Shown piece after piece: positions 24,714-46,265 of a DNA stretch of 64,000 nt. The DNA comes from Macrostomum lignano (Eukaryota). The notes beneath the pieces are model-generated. The model had not been told where the DNA came from, did no database searches, and saw only the letters and a program-made list of their open reading frames with translations. The translations under genes and the position numbers were made by a program. Positions within the stretch are counted from its first letter, which is position 1; every line of letters starts with the position of its first letter. The stretch is from assembly GCA_002269645.1 (NCBI GenBank), contig NIVC01000217.1, positions 620,001-684,000 on the forward strand, in the 5' to 3' direction.

Positions 24714-26441
24714 ATGCCCGCTTGCTTCATCGCGCTTAAATGCGAGCCCCTAGTTATGACATACTGTTACGCTTTCGCTTTTGTTCCTGAAAAGAAGATA
24801 TGTTTGCTCTCGGAACTACCGAATGCGGACTTTGCGTCGGTCGCTCCCAGCGGCCTTGCTTATCGAAAGAAGACCGACAGTGAGCATTTTGGTCTGTATG
24901 ATATTTGACATGGCATCTAATACTATGAAAGCTTCCGTTCTTTGTTTTTTTTCCAGAGAAGCTAATCCAGATCAACGCTAGATTATTCCAAGTGATCCAG
25001 CACAGATCGAAGGGCGAGCTCAGCTTTGCTCGCGGCTGGACTGAGTATGAGATTGGCTTTGGAGACGATACGGACTTCTGGATCGGTGAGCAGGGAATGA
25101 TAATATTCATTGGAAGAGAATTCAGGGTCGGACAAAATATCATATTGGAGTCGTGATCTCGCGGTTTTAGGCTACTTAAACCAGGCTACTTAGACTAGCT
25201 CTAATCCTAGCATAACCGGTTAAAGAAAAGAGACTGGAATCCAAGATAATTATATTGTTCAAACAAAATTATGAGAAACTGTCAGTACAAAAGGATTTTG
25301 ACTTGAACTTTCCCTAGTAATTCTCTGCTATATGCAGGGCCTCCCGATGATTGAGACATGACTCTAAGAATTTTCTAAGAGCAAGAAATGGAGGAAGACT
25401 AATTATATGCCTTCATCATCATCATCATCATCGTGATACGTTCGAGCGCATCAGCCCCAGCCGGGCTTTTAAGCTGATTGAATTTATTTGATCAATTAGT
25501 GTTGTTGTTGTTGTTAAACGGGGTGGAGAGCGAAGCTCGTCTTAAATCAGTGATTCCACCAGGGGCATATAGCCCGGGTCACCAGGATTGCATGGAGCTA
25601 GGTGTCTGGACCTAGCAACTGCAGGGCTCAACAAATTGAGGAAGACACCGAGGACCCAACAAATGGAATCAGGTAGACGAGTTCTAAGACTGTCCCGGGG
25701 CCGCCCCCCCCCCAACAGTACTAACCGAGAATGCGCACAAAAGAAAATTGAAAAGAAAAATTTCAGAGTTTTTCAGAAAGTTTTTGAAAAGCAGGTCCGA
25801 GAGAGGGACCTCAGCTATACCCCCGGGCATCGCTTTGACCTGTAACAAGGCACCCAGGGCCCCGAGTCTACGGAAAAGGCTTTCAAGATTATAAAGAGTT
25901 TGGGCAGCTTTTTTCTGGATATTTCTGCGGCTTGAAACTACTGTCAGTAGTGTAAAAGCAAATTTTATTGCGCGCAAAACTATGTCTTACTACAATATAA
26001 AATATATTTTCAGGTCTACAGAAAATCCACGAGCTAACCTGACGCTCGCCGAAGCTTCTGCGAGTCGAAGCCGTCACCTGGTCGGATGAGCTGAACATCT
26101 GCTAGTACTCTGGCTTCACGGTGGCCAATGCCAGCACGAACTACACCATGACCTACGCCTCCTACCTCAGCGGTAGCTCCAACACATCGATCGACTCTCT
26201 CGCCAACAACAACGGACATCCCTTTTCGACAATGGATCGCGACAACGATCATTTCATCGCAAGCTGTTCCAGCATCTTTGGGAGCGCTGGCTGGTGGTTC
26301 AGAGGCTGTACGAGATCGAATCCGAATGCTCTCTACCGCAATTCTCCTGTGGTTGATCGCACAGCCATGCACTGGGCTGGTGCCACAGCTGACTCTGAGG
26401 AGGCGCTGAAGAGCATCCGACTGATGGTGCAGCTGGTCTGA
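24714..26441 (+). pseudogene. Fibrinogen C-terminal domain (FReD/ficolin-like) gene with an upstream Cys-rich PAN-like exon; probable pseudogene
   Basis: Exons ~24666-24879, 24957-25085 (FQVIQHRSKGELSFARGWTEYEIGFGDDTDFWIG) and 26014-26441 (LQKIHELT*...FSTMDRDND...GWWFRGCTRSNPN). In-frame TGA at 26040-26042 and TAG at 26103-26105. Further TAA codons lie upstream in the frame of the first exon. Confidence 0.82.
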
Positions 26442-29150
26442 AAAAGCCAGGTTGTTGAAAGTGATAATGTCAGGTTTTGTGGCCCTACCAGCTACATGAC
26501 GTCTGAATCTGCAAAGAACTTATTAACAGACTAACCAATACAAGTTTCTAGTTTAAATTCAAATTTTTATTCAGTCAATCATAGTAATTAACCATAAACG
26601 CTATTAAAACCTTTGAACCTGTTACGTTCTTCTTTTAGAGTTCACTTCTTATGTCTTAGGAAAAAATCAGTTTCTAGAGATAGCTAACTTAAAAGCAGAA
26701 TGCATGTCTTTTTTTCGTGATAATAGCTAGCGATATAGTACGATCGTAATCTCATAATAATATAAAAATTTTATTTAAGTCTCGAAATGTTCACCGCTAA
26801 ATACTTATGATTTATTTTCGTAAAGATCGTAAATCTTTCTTTTATCTGCTGACGTTTAGCCTAGTATCTAGTTATCCAGTTTTTGAAAAGACGCAAATAC
26901 AGAATTTCTATCGTGTTAAGTCTTTACTGAAGTCTCCGTTGAAACCCGCGTTATTTAAACCCCGCTGAATTCCAATCCACGGTACTATTTTTGCAGTCTT
27001 TCTAAAACGAAAAAAATTGCTAATAGTTAGGATAGAGGGAACCAAAAACTTGACGTACTTATTCGTGTAAAACTTTTACTCGTTAGTGAAGATGGAGATG
27101 AAAAAATGAGACGTTAGGTAAAATGATAAAGAAGCGAAAGCAATTTCTGTCTACGACTGAGTAACAAAGAAAATTCTTTAAAAAAGGAATAAAGGAAAAA
27201 GGAATTATAGACAAGATTTTAGTATATGGACTACCCATTTTGCCCCCCCCCCCCTTCGGGTGGCTCCTTAGCATTGTAGCGCTTGTCTACAAGTAGTTTT
27301 GCAGATTATTAAAACTAAGCAGAAGACTAAAACAAGCTCAAGAAGTAAACTTAATCTAATTCTCAATCCCAATTTCATACATTTCTCATTTCTCAAAATT
27401 GTCTCCATCGCAAAACGTGGTGGTATAGTGCCCAAGCGTTAAGACACTGACCCAAGCGTTAACCCCAGAGGCCCGGATTGCGCAGGAATTGTGACTGATT
27501 GCAATCTGCTTGCAATTAACTCAAATGAATAACTTAATTAACTCAAGCTAATTGCAAGTTTTATAATTATAAATGTACTCTACTATCGTTACTAATAGTA
27601 GAATAAAATGTAAATTTACTTGGGAAAATTTTAACTCACTATTCTGCCTTATTTATAAATAAGTGTGTTGTTTAGATGCACGTTATATTGTAAAAAATCA
27701 TGACTATGTTAAAATCATTCCAATACCTTATTGAATTAACTTTTCAAAACAATTTTGTGATAATTTCAATTCAATTGTAAGCCAATTGCAATGATTACAA
27801 TTATGCACTTGAAAGCAATTGTCAATACGTACGCAAGATCTGCACACCCCTTGCAATCAAGCCCCAATTATCATAATTTCGGTCGCTTGGGGATTGACGT
27901 CAACTCGCTTGGCCTGCAGTGTGCAGGTATCTGGAATGAAGGGAAGGGTGATTGTTAAATTCTTATCTATCACACAATTATGTCCCCGCTACTGACTCAA
28001 ACTACTCGTAATTTTTTATCCACCAAATCCAATTCGGGCTAGGCATTGGTAGACTGAAGTTGCTCGGCACGGGTTTATGGTGGCAAATTGAAATAGGGCC
28101 GGCCTCTATTGCTTAATCTAAGAACTACGAGCGTTGCTGTAACTGACACCTACGCGTAGCTTTTCACGAACACAGAATAATCTTTTCAAACTGCAAGCTA
28201 GTCAAATGATCAACATCTTCCAAAAATCGAGTTATTTAAATTGCACAAATAACGAAAATTGTAAATGTCTACGAATCTGCTAACTAAATAAAATGTAATG
28301 AAATGTCATAAAATGTCATAACAATGAAAACAAAAAAACTATAAATTTAAATACTCGAATGTAAGACTCAAACGGACAAAAAATACTAATAATTTTCTCT
28401 TTCTAAACATTGCAGAAGATAGAAATTAGCAAAGTTAATTATTTTTCGTATTTTTAGAGACAGCTTTGAATTATGAAGGTACACCTGAAACCGATCTACC
28501 AAAGTGCTCCTGTTCGTGTTTTCAGGTTTCGTTAAACGGTTTCTGCACACGGTAGTGTTTGAACGTTTTGGTACATTGCCTAAGGAGCAGTCCCACCTGA
28601 AGGGTCAGGGAGGGGTAGCAGCGCTGGTTCACCTGAAGGAAGAGCTGAGGGATTCTTCGCCCAGATTACTGAGCGATTCTGTGTCAAGTTTTTGTGTGGG
28701 CATTGACTTCTTGAGAAATTCAATGTTTTCTTTTATTTTAAGTAATGGACAAGTTGGACATAGCACGTGAGCTCCCTGCAGCTCTCTATAGTGTGTGGGA
28801 AAATTCCCTAAATGTTCCATTTTGCAATTAGAATTGTAATTGTAGAAGTGGGTCGGCAGTCTGCTCAGGGTGTACGCACTTGTAGAAATTATAAAGAATG
28901 GGCAGCAGACTTTCGCTCTATAGAGGGTAAAGCTTCGCTATAATCCACTGATCTTAGAAGTCTCACAGTTACACAATGGTGTGAGCGGGGCAAGGAGAGA
29001 CCAGGGGAGGAATGGGGACAGAGGATCACACAAAGCCAGCACCTGGCGTCTTAATCGCGTATTATCGAACCCGAGCTCAACCCCAGAGCATGCGTGCAGC
29101 AACCCTCCCCCCAAACTCGTGCTCAAGTAAAATGTGGAGAAAGAGAGGGG

Positions 29151-29151
<1 letters not shown>

Positions 29152-29210
<59 letters not shown>
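29152..29210. repeat. (GA)n microsatellite
   Basis: Direct. Confidence 0.98.
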
Positions 29211-29213
<3 letters not shown>

Positions 29214-29705
29214 CGCAGACGCAGGCAAACACCCGATCTTTGCCTGCTCTCTGACAAAAATTACTTATTAGTTTAGTTGGCATTTCGCTCTGTGTGTCCA
29301 TTGCCTTCACTCTCCGGCCAATCCTCCCTAAGCCAACAAAAGCTACACAATGGGAGTAGCTGTGTACATGTGGGCGGAGCGCTTGTGCTTGGGTCGGTGA
29401 CTCTGCAACCCCCAGTGCTCTGTCGAAGGATCTATTGGCTGTGAAATAGGAGGTTCCACTTGAACTGACCGGCGCGAGCTGGAAAAGCCTCTCTAACTTT
29501 TCTCCACTTGATCACTCTGCATTGTTGCAGTATTGGCCAGTTTTGAAGGACACATAAAAAAGCGTCTTAGCTCTGTATCCAAGCCACTGTGTCAGCAAGG
29601 TATACCCGCGTGTGCAGTCAATTACTTCGTTCCTTCAACGGCAAATTATAAAAACCAATACGTGCAACTCAAACAGCGGCTGCTCAGGGCTGAGGCCTAA
29701 TCAGA

Positions 29706-31510
29706 ATGTCCGGCTCGACTACTGAGGCCGAGCCAAAGCCGAAGCCGGAAGACGCGGCAGCGGAACCGACTGCGGAGCAGACGCCTCAGCGGATGACGCG
29801 ATACGGCGCGATCAGCACCAAGGAGGAGCCGCTGCCGCAGCCTCTGCCTCCTCCGCAGCCGCCGAAGCCGCCACCACTTCCGAGTAAATCGAGCAGATCT
29901 GAGGGCATCGCGGGAGCTCTGCGTTCCTCCGCGTTGCCAAAGCGGCGTCGAACGAAGGAGGAGAAGCAGATCTATGAGGACAGCATCAAGGGCTTCATGG
30001 ACGCGCTGCTGTCCAACAGCAGCCTTTTAGCGATCAGTAACATTGTGAAACGAAATCATCCGGTGCTGAAAACATTATGGGCGATAGCGCTGTGCCTTTG
30101 CCTCATCCTGTCGATCCGGCAGCTGTACAGTCTCACCAGAACCTACCTGGGCCATCCGAAGTCTACAACAATTGAATTATCCTACAAGCCCTTCGATTTC
30201 CCTTCCGTGACCTTCTGCAACCACAATCCGCTGCGTCGTTCGCGCGTTGAATTGAACGGTCCAAGCGACCTGCAGAGTTTCTTTAGCGACCTACTGTCGA
30301 GGAACTACTCTGTCGCTGACAACGGCACGCAGCTGATGACTCAGCAGAGTGACTGGCTGAAATTTGAAAAGCTTATCAGCAATATCAGCGTGTTAGACCG
30401 GCTGAGCATGGGCTACCAGCACGGCGACTTCATTCTGCAGTGCAACTTTGCTGGTAAAAAATGCGACCCGGACATGTTCAGCGTGAGTTTGACCAAAACC
30501 TACGGAAACTGCTTCACCTTCAATGGCTGGCAGTCGGTCAGAGGATTCGAACGACCCGTGGCTAAGAACGGGCGCGAGCACGGCCTCATCATGACGCTGT
30601 TTCTTGAGCTGGATGAATATCTACCGAACTTCATCCCCAGTGCGGGCGTGAAGGTCCAGCTGCACGAGCCAGGGTCAATGGGCTTCCCCGAGTACTCGGG
30701 TTCTCAGTGCCCCCGGGATTCCAGTCTTCCATCGGCGTATCGCTGAAAAAGATCACCAGACTTGACCACCAGAATGATCACTGCGAGGACGGTGAGAAGT
30801 TTTATGCCACCTACGGTATTAAGTACACCTACAGCGCCTGCATGGCACGCTGCAAGCACGATCGCGTGCGTCAGAAATGCGGCTGCTACGACCTAGCCAA
30901 CAAGCTGTTCTACGCCAATCACGTCCGTCACATGCAGCCCTGCCAAAGCGAGAAAGAGCTCAGCTGCATGATTGACGTTGAGTACTCAGGAGAGGAGGGA
31001 AACCTTAACTGCGGCTGTCTGCTGCCGTGCCAGGAGTCCTCCTACAAGTACGGACAGTCCCTGAGCGAGTGGCCCACCGACTCCTACGAGGCTCGACTAT
31101 TCGGCGACCTGATGGACGTAAAGCCGAAGATTAGCAGTTTGAAGAACGAGACAAAAATCCTGGCTAGGAGAAACCTGCTCAACCTACTGGTGTACATGGA
31201 CGGCCTCATGACGGAGCACGTGATTGAGAAAAACTCCTACGCAGTCGACAACTACTTGTCCGACATTGGAGGCACCCTCGGACTATTCCTCGGCTTCTCT
31301 GTGCTCACCGGTTTCGAACTGCTCGAAGCCTCAGCTCTGGTGCTTGCCTACGTCTGCGGCAAGATCATCTACACGGAGGAGGAGGACGACGAGACGTCGG
31401 CCTTTGCCGATGACGACTCGCTGACGCCGCCTGGCAGTCCACGTGGCGCTCATCGAAGCAGTCGCATCGCCTCGCTGGCTGGCACGACACCGCATCTGCA
31501 TCCAGGTTGA
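29706..31510 (+). CDS. DEG/ENaC (amiloride-sensitive sodium channel family) subunit, intronless, with a 1-nt frameshift near 30701
   Basis: TM1 TLWAIALCLCLILSI, FPSVTFCNHNP, YGNCFTFN, Cys-rich thumb, TM2 SDIGGTLGLFLGFSVLTGFE. Inserting one T at 30701-30702 restores EYSGFSVPPGFQSSIGV and joins ORFs 29706-30746 and 30707-31510. Confidence 0.9.
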
Positions 31511-32897
31511 GACTAATTTTTCAAGCGTCAGATGCAGTTCCCGCGTCTGTCATGAAATCTCTTTAAGCACTCATCCCTTAGCCCTGGTGTCCGTTGGTTT
31601 TCAGGTATAAAATCACTGATGCGAAATCTCCAAACTCTGGAATATTTAGCTGAATAATCCCGCATATGCTACTGCTATACATGTACTAATCTCAGAATGT
31701 TTTTATTTTTGTTTTAAACATAACCGCGATGCAACAAGGCTCAACATGCACACAAACTTACTCCGTGAACTGTTGTCCAGTGCAGCACAAACAAAATTTT
31801 CTTGCATCTGTTTTTAATATTTCTCTCTTGATAACCTTTAAAAGTTTGGGAGTGGTGAGTGCTTTCTGCGCTGTTATAGGCTTAATAATTTGTAACACTT
31901 GGAAGGACAGAAAGGGAGCGTAACATTTTTTCAACGTAAAATATGCTCCACTTATCCGCCCAATTAGCATGCAAATCATTTTTTTATCATTCACAACTCA
32001 GCTGCTTATGTACTTTTTGTGATAGCGAATGATTGATATTTATATAATGGGTTTCGGTTTGAGGTACATGCAGATGTATTAACCCTCTGGCAAACATGCG
32101 TATACTAACTAACAAAAGATTTCTAAGTATAAATATATTTTATTTAATTAACGCTAAGAGAATTTATTGAAATTTTGACTGTGAATTGTGTCATTATTTT
32201 GTTTTGGTTGAGAGCAATCAATCTCTGGACTGGAAAAAATACACCAAGTAGAAAGGAAACGCTCAAATTTCGAGGGAACTTTGCTTGTCATCACTACAAT
32301 TGGGCCAATTCACCTTAAAACCAGTCACAATGTTCTTTAAATGGACGCACATTTAGGTCGTGACCGGAGCTGAGTTAAACAAAGGGATGTTTAAACATTT
32401 TTGAAGTTTTACTACGCGCCAGTTTTATTCAGTTTATTCACGTACTTTTAAATCGCCATTTTAAGCGCGTATATAAATAGAAATACGCGTTTAAAACGAT
32501 TAATACGCCTTACTATTGACACTGATCGGGTGCATTTTTACTTTAATCTCTCTTTCCATTGCGTCTTTTTTAGTTCGATTAACCACAGAACTTTGTGCTG
32601 ACGTTTTTGTGACTCGTGATAGAGCTTCAGAAATCCGTGTAGCCTCCTGTCGCAAGTAACAGGGCGTTGTTGGATCGACGTGGCATTTCGAGAACAGATC
32701 ACCGAAAAATCCAATTTTGTCCCACGCGAAAGCAATAGCGTTTCAGTAGGTTCATCAGGCGTCGATCTGCTAGCGCCGTAGTACATGCTCCCAACATTCC
32801 GACTTTGCGCGTCTGTCATCTGTTGAACCATTGTCTCTCCTGGGGCACTCTATCTGAATAGCCAATGCTTCATAGACATTACACAGTAACTTGTTAC

Positions 32898-33114
32898 CAT
32901 GGATGAATAATATAACTGGATGGCCAGAAGCTCGATTTTTTTGGTCCTAGCCCTAGACAAGCACCAGCATCATCACAAGAAGCTCAGAATGCCGTACTTT
33001 CACCGTGAATGAATAATATATTATATTATTAAGAGTTTCTTGTGATGCTGGTGCTTGTCCATGGCTAGGACCAAAAAATCGAGCTTCTGGCGATCCAGTT
33101 ATTATTCATCCATG
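32898..33114. mobile_element. hAT-type MITE (about 85-bp inverted arms, 8-bp TSD)
   Basis: Arms start CATGGATGAATAAT...; exact TSD CTTGTTAC at 32890-32897 and 33115-33122. Confidence 0.85.
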
Positions 33115-34298
33115 CTTGTTACTTGCAAGAGGAGATTAACCTAACCATAGACTATGTGTTTTTAGTCTTCTGAGCAAGTATAGATTTTCTTCTGGTTAGA
33201 GTGCTGCCTCTTAAAGGTTGCTGAACCTTAATGTGGGGACCGTGCACGGTAATCGAACCAGGGGTCATGTCGCCAGAGTCAGTCGGGTTTACCGATGAGC
33301 TGCTCTGACTAACCAATGGGTTTTTCCAGTACATACTGACTATTGACTTTGTCAAACCAAGTAGTAAGAATCAAATATCAAAGAAAACGGCTCATTTAGT
33401 TCAATCGCCAAGTTTTAGAATCAAGTTCAGTGCATGAGTGTTCATTCATTGACTTCAACGTTTGACCGGTGGAAGTCCATATTGAAAATTTACTCATTTT
33501 TGCGTCCTCTTCTACAAGGCCACGCTTCCAGCTGGTCTGTCATCTTGTTCAAGAGTTATCGAAATTCAAAGTAACTCCCAATAGATAGACATTTCTTTTT
33601 GACGTTGTACGGGTACGGCGGGTTTTGCAGATCAGTTCCATCATGCATAGCGTTATTGGAATCTTCAATGTGAATCAGATTGGGATTAAAATACCATACG
33701 AAACCAAGAGAATATCTGGTCGACAAAAGGGGTTGAGCATCGACAGATTAATAAAAACTTTGGCTTCTTTACCCCTCTTAAAGATTTGCATTTACGCTGA
33801 CTCATATTTTTTGTTTGTACTCAAACTGTTGAAACTCAACTTTTTGTCTCTGTGCATTCTAATTTCAATTTCAATTAAATCTTCTTTTACAAAATATTCG
33901 ATATGCATGCTTTAGATGTTCTCTACGTACTTATCTTGCTTTTCACCCTATAGCTGTTCAGTATGTTTACAGTGGGTTGCCCTATGCAGTTAGCTCTGGT
34001 TCATTTAAACTTATACATACAACGTCTTTCGCGCACGGTGGTTTTGTTTGCACAAATTTCACTAAATTGCACAAACACGGGTCGGCCCAAGTGAAGATCT
34101 CTAGTCAAATTGGACAATATTCATGGGTCAGCGTGTTTGGCGCTTGTATTTGACCAGTTCATATTTTACAGACGTGGTTTTCAGTGTATATATTACTAAA
34201 TCTTATAGCGAGAACTGAAAACGATGCATGCAATCTTCAGCGGCTTGTGCTAGAAGTAAGAAGCAGAGAGAGAGTGAATTTCCCAGTGCCATAGTCTT

Positions 34299-43349
<9,051 letters not shown>

Positions 43350-44474
43350 TTAACAGTTTGACGCCTCTGTTTCACAGCTGCGAATGTTGATCTGCCTGTC
43401 TGTCTAAAGTTTTGTAACTGTAGAATTCAAAGGAATCCTTTGTCAACCTTTGTCGCTTTTGTGGCGTGTTCCGATAGATCGCTTTGAAGATGTCACACAT
43501 TTCGTAAATTCTATTTCTGTCTTCTGATAACTATAATGCTTTGTGCTTTAAATTAATAGTTGCATGGATAAGACCTATCAGTGCATCCTTGCGCATCTTG
43601 TCGTCAATGGTTTTTTGTCCAGAGAGTTCATTGGACTGTGTTGCTATCGGCGCAGATTTGATTATGTTGTTCAGTGCCGAGCGGAAAGGCTTAAGAAATA
43701 TCCTTGAATGTAGATGACCATATTATTAAGAAAAGAAGTTGTTTATCTTGAATTACCTCGCCTGCATAGAAAACACCTTATGACTATGAAGAAGTGAGGA
43801 TAGAGTTAGAAGTATTTAGCTTAGGTGAGATCATTTTTGAAACGCTGATAAAGTCAATTTAAACAAACAAATGTTATAATCGCCCGTTCCTTTAAAAGCT
43901 TCAGTCGCTCGTTGTCGACAAATTCCGAATGGTAACAACATAATATTCCGTTAAGCATATATATATGAAACAATTTTGCAAATCCTATCATTCTCTTGAA
44001 ATTTTATTTTAATTAATTGTCTTTGTCAGTTTGTTTTGCTACAGTGAAACTTCATTAAATCACTCATTTTATGCTTACACTCTTTTATTATAAAAAGTTT
44101 AACAAAGTGCCTCAACAATTTCGTTTTGTTTTAAAAGGATTTTTGAAGAGCCCAAATTATTCAGTGAAACTGGGAGGATCAGCTTAGAGCTCGGATCATC
44201 GTACAAAAAAAATTACTCAGCTTTTGATTAAGTGATGCCTGCATAACTGACAAGCGTGGGAGGCTGGGTTAAATTCTATCATGGATTAGCTTAATCGTCA
44301 TCAGAAAGTATATAAGCTAATAAAATGTTATAACAAATATTTATATGTATGGCGTATAGTTTGAGGAGTAATCTCGATCTTCGTTCATGTAGTGTGCTTT
44401 AGTATAATCCATGATTGACACTAACTTCCATAGAAGTAGACGTTTAATTAACAGCTCGAAAAATTTAGTGCCAG

Positions 44475-44670
44475 ACCAAGGAGTTCTATTATAAGCCACC
44501 TGGAGTGGAAACGAGTTTTTCAGTTTTACCTCATGAGGCCAGACTTGCATAGACAGAGTCAGACAGAGCCATAGACATTCAGTGCTGGCTCCTTATTCTT
44601 TACAATTAGCGTGGCCTCATGAGGTAAAACTCGTTTCCGCTCCAGATTGCTAATTGTAGAACTCCTTGGT
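44475..44670. mobile_element. MITE-like foldback/hairpin
   Basis: Inverted blocks ACCAAGGAGTTCTA / TAGAACTCCTTGGT, GGAGTGGAAACGAGTTTT / AAAACTCGTTTCCGCTCC and TTTTACCTCATGAGGCCA / TGGCCTCATGAGGTAAAA; no clear TSD. Confidence 0.6.
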
Positions 44671-46265
44671 TAGACGCATTATAGAAACGTGTCTCCCTCG
44701 TGGCCATAGACATCTGCAAGCTATCTGCACGCTTTTTAAACATACGCTCGTATATATGGTTTGAAGTCTCCTTCTCGGCCATGGACATATACATATATCC
44801 ACATGTATATGGAGGGTTTGAAGTACTGGGGAGAAACAGGGAAATCACACGATCAAAGCTACATGTAGACCATAGAGCCACCAGTTAAACGTGTTTACTA
44901 TATATCGACTACAACTAACTTCCTGGAGAAGCCATATCTGGAGTGTCATCCTCACAGATGGATGTTCTCCTTTCACAGAAAACCGAAAATTAGCGCCTTC
45001 TAGAGAAGCAAATCGAGCAACCGTCGAATGGAGATGAGGATTTTGTGCTGTCCGACAATATTGACCTTGATAGCATGTTCGACTGCATGCCGAGCGTTGA
45101 AGACCTCGAAAGACCGATAAACAAGCTTTTGCCATAGACAAAATTTGTCTGGAAAAATCTGCGCTATAAAAATCCGACTTCTCTGGAGAGGACGAGGACG
45201 CTAAATGCTCTAGCGAGCGATACGACATATATCCAGTTCCTTTCTAATTGATAAGTAAAGAATTCACCTACTATAGTTCTCCATGCAGCTGTAGCAGAAA
45301 ATCTTGACTTTGAATTTGCTACAAAAATGAACATCCATAAATATCTCAGGAGCTCGTGGTCCAATTAGAACTCAGCACGCAGCTCTATTGGCTCTTACAG
45401 GACGCCAAGCTGGACTGCTCAAAAAATCCTATAAGAGCCACAGCTTCCGTCGAGTTCAGCACTTTTTTTCTGAACGGACACCTGTGCGCAAATCATACCG
45501 ACAGACAACAAAAGTCCGAGTGTGAGCAGGTCTGCAAAATCAAGCACTAAAGAGTGAGTTTGTTCAAGCTGAAGTGTGCTCTTACTGCTCTATCGGTTTT
45601 TGAATGCTTAAAGATCTGACATTTTAAGAGCATTTTCAAGGCAATCATTTGTCTGTCCGTGAGATCCAGTAGGCAACTTCTGGTGTGAAAGCATACAAGA
45701 TATTTACTGTATCTTCCTGTACCTAGCAAACAGAGAGTAGCAGAAATCGCTTTAAAAACAAAAAGTTTGGAGAGAAAAAAGCTGGTCTCTTTCACCCTGA
45801 AATTCTGCATCAATGAAAATTGACTGCTGGTGCTGGTTCGGGTTGCTGCTTCTGAAATATTTCGCTAACCGTGAAGTTCATGCCTCACCCCCCCCCCCCA
45901 AAATGTTAGGAAGCCCAACGCTTCCTACAAGCCATGGGAAGGAGGGGGCGGGGGATACACAGGTTTTGAGTCGCATTTCATGGAAAATTTCTAACTTTAC
46001 TTTTGTATTCGTTATTTTTTTGAATTTTCCCAAACTTAAAAAAGTCAGACGGCCCCCAGCAGAGGGTCACGGCAGGGGTTTTGTGTAGCGCAGAGTTCCG
46101 TCAAACCAAACGTAGCTCCTGATTTGTTTTTTAATGATATTTGAACTTTTTAGCTTTTTTTAAGATTGAAGTTGTAAATTTAATCAAATAAACTTGACCT
46201 GAAGACAACCGACTTACGAACAAAATCGAAACCCACGCCTCTACGTAGAATTCTCGAGTCTCGCA

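Noticed and set aside
26040-26105. Selenocysteine or genetic-code reassignment explaining in-frame stops
   Set aside because: The stops are of different types (TGA and TAG), the other genes end normally at TGA/TAA/TAG, and no SECIS-like element was recognised.
32538-32831. 97-aa minus-strand ORF
   Set aside because: No recognisable domain, splice context or codon signal; cannot be supported.
44990-45480. Possible degenerate non-LTR reverse transcriptase fragment (PSVEDLERPINKL; SYRTPSWTAQKIL)
   Set aside because: The similarity is too weak and broken to support without a profile search.
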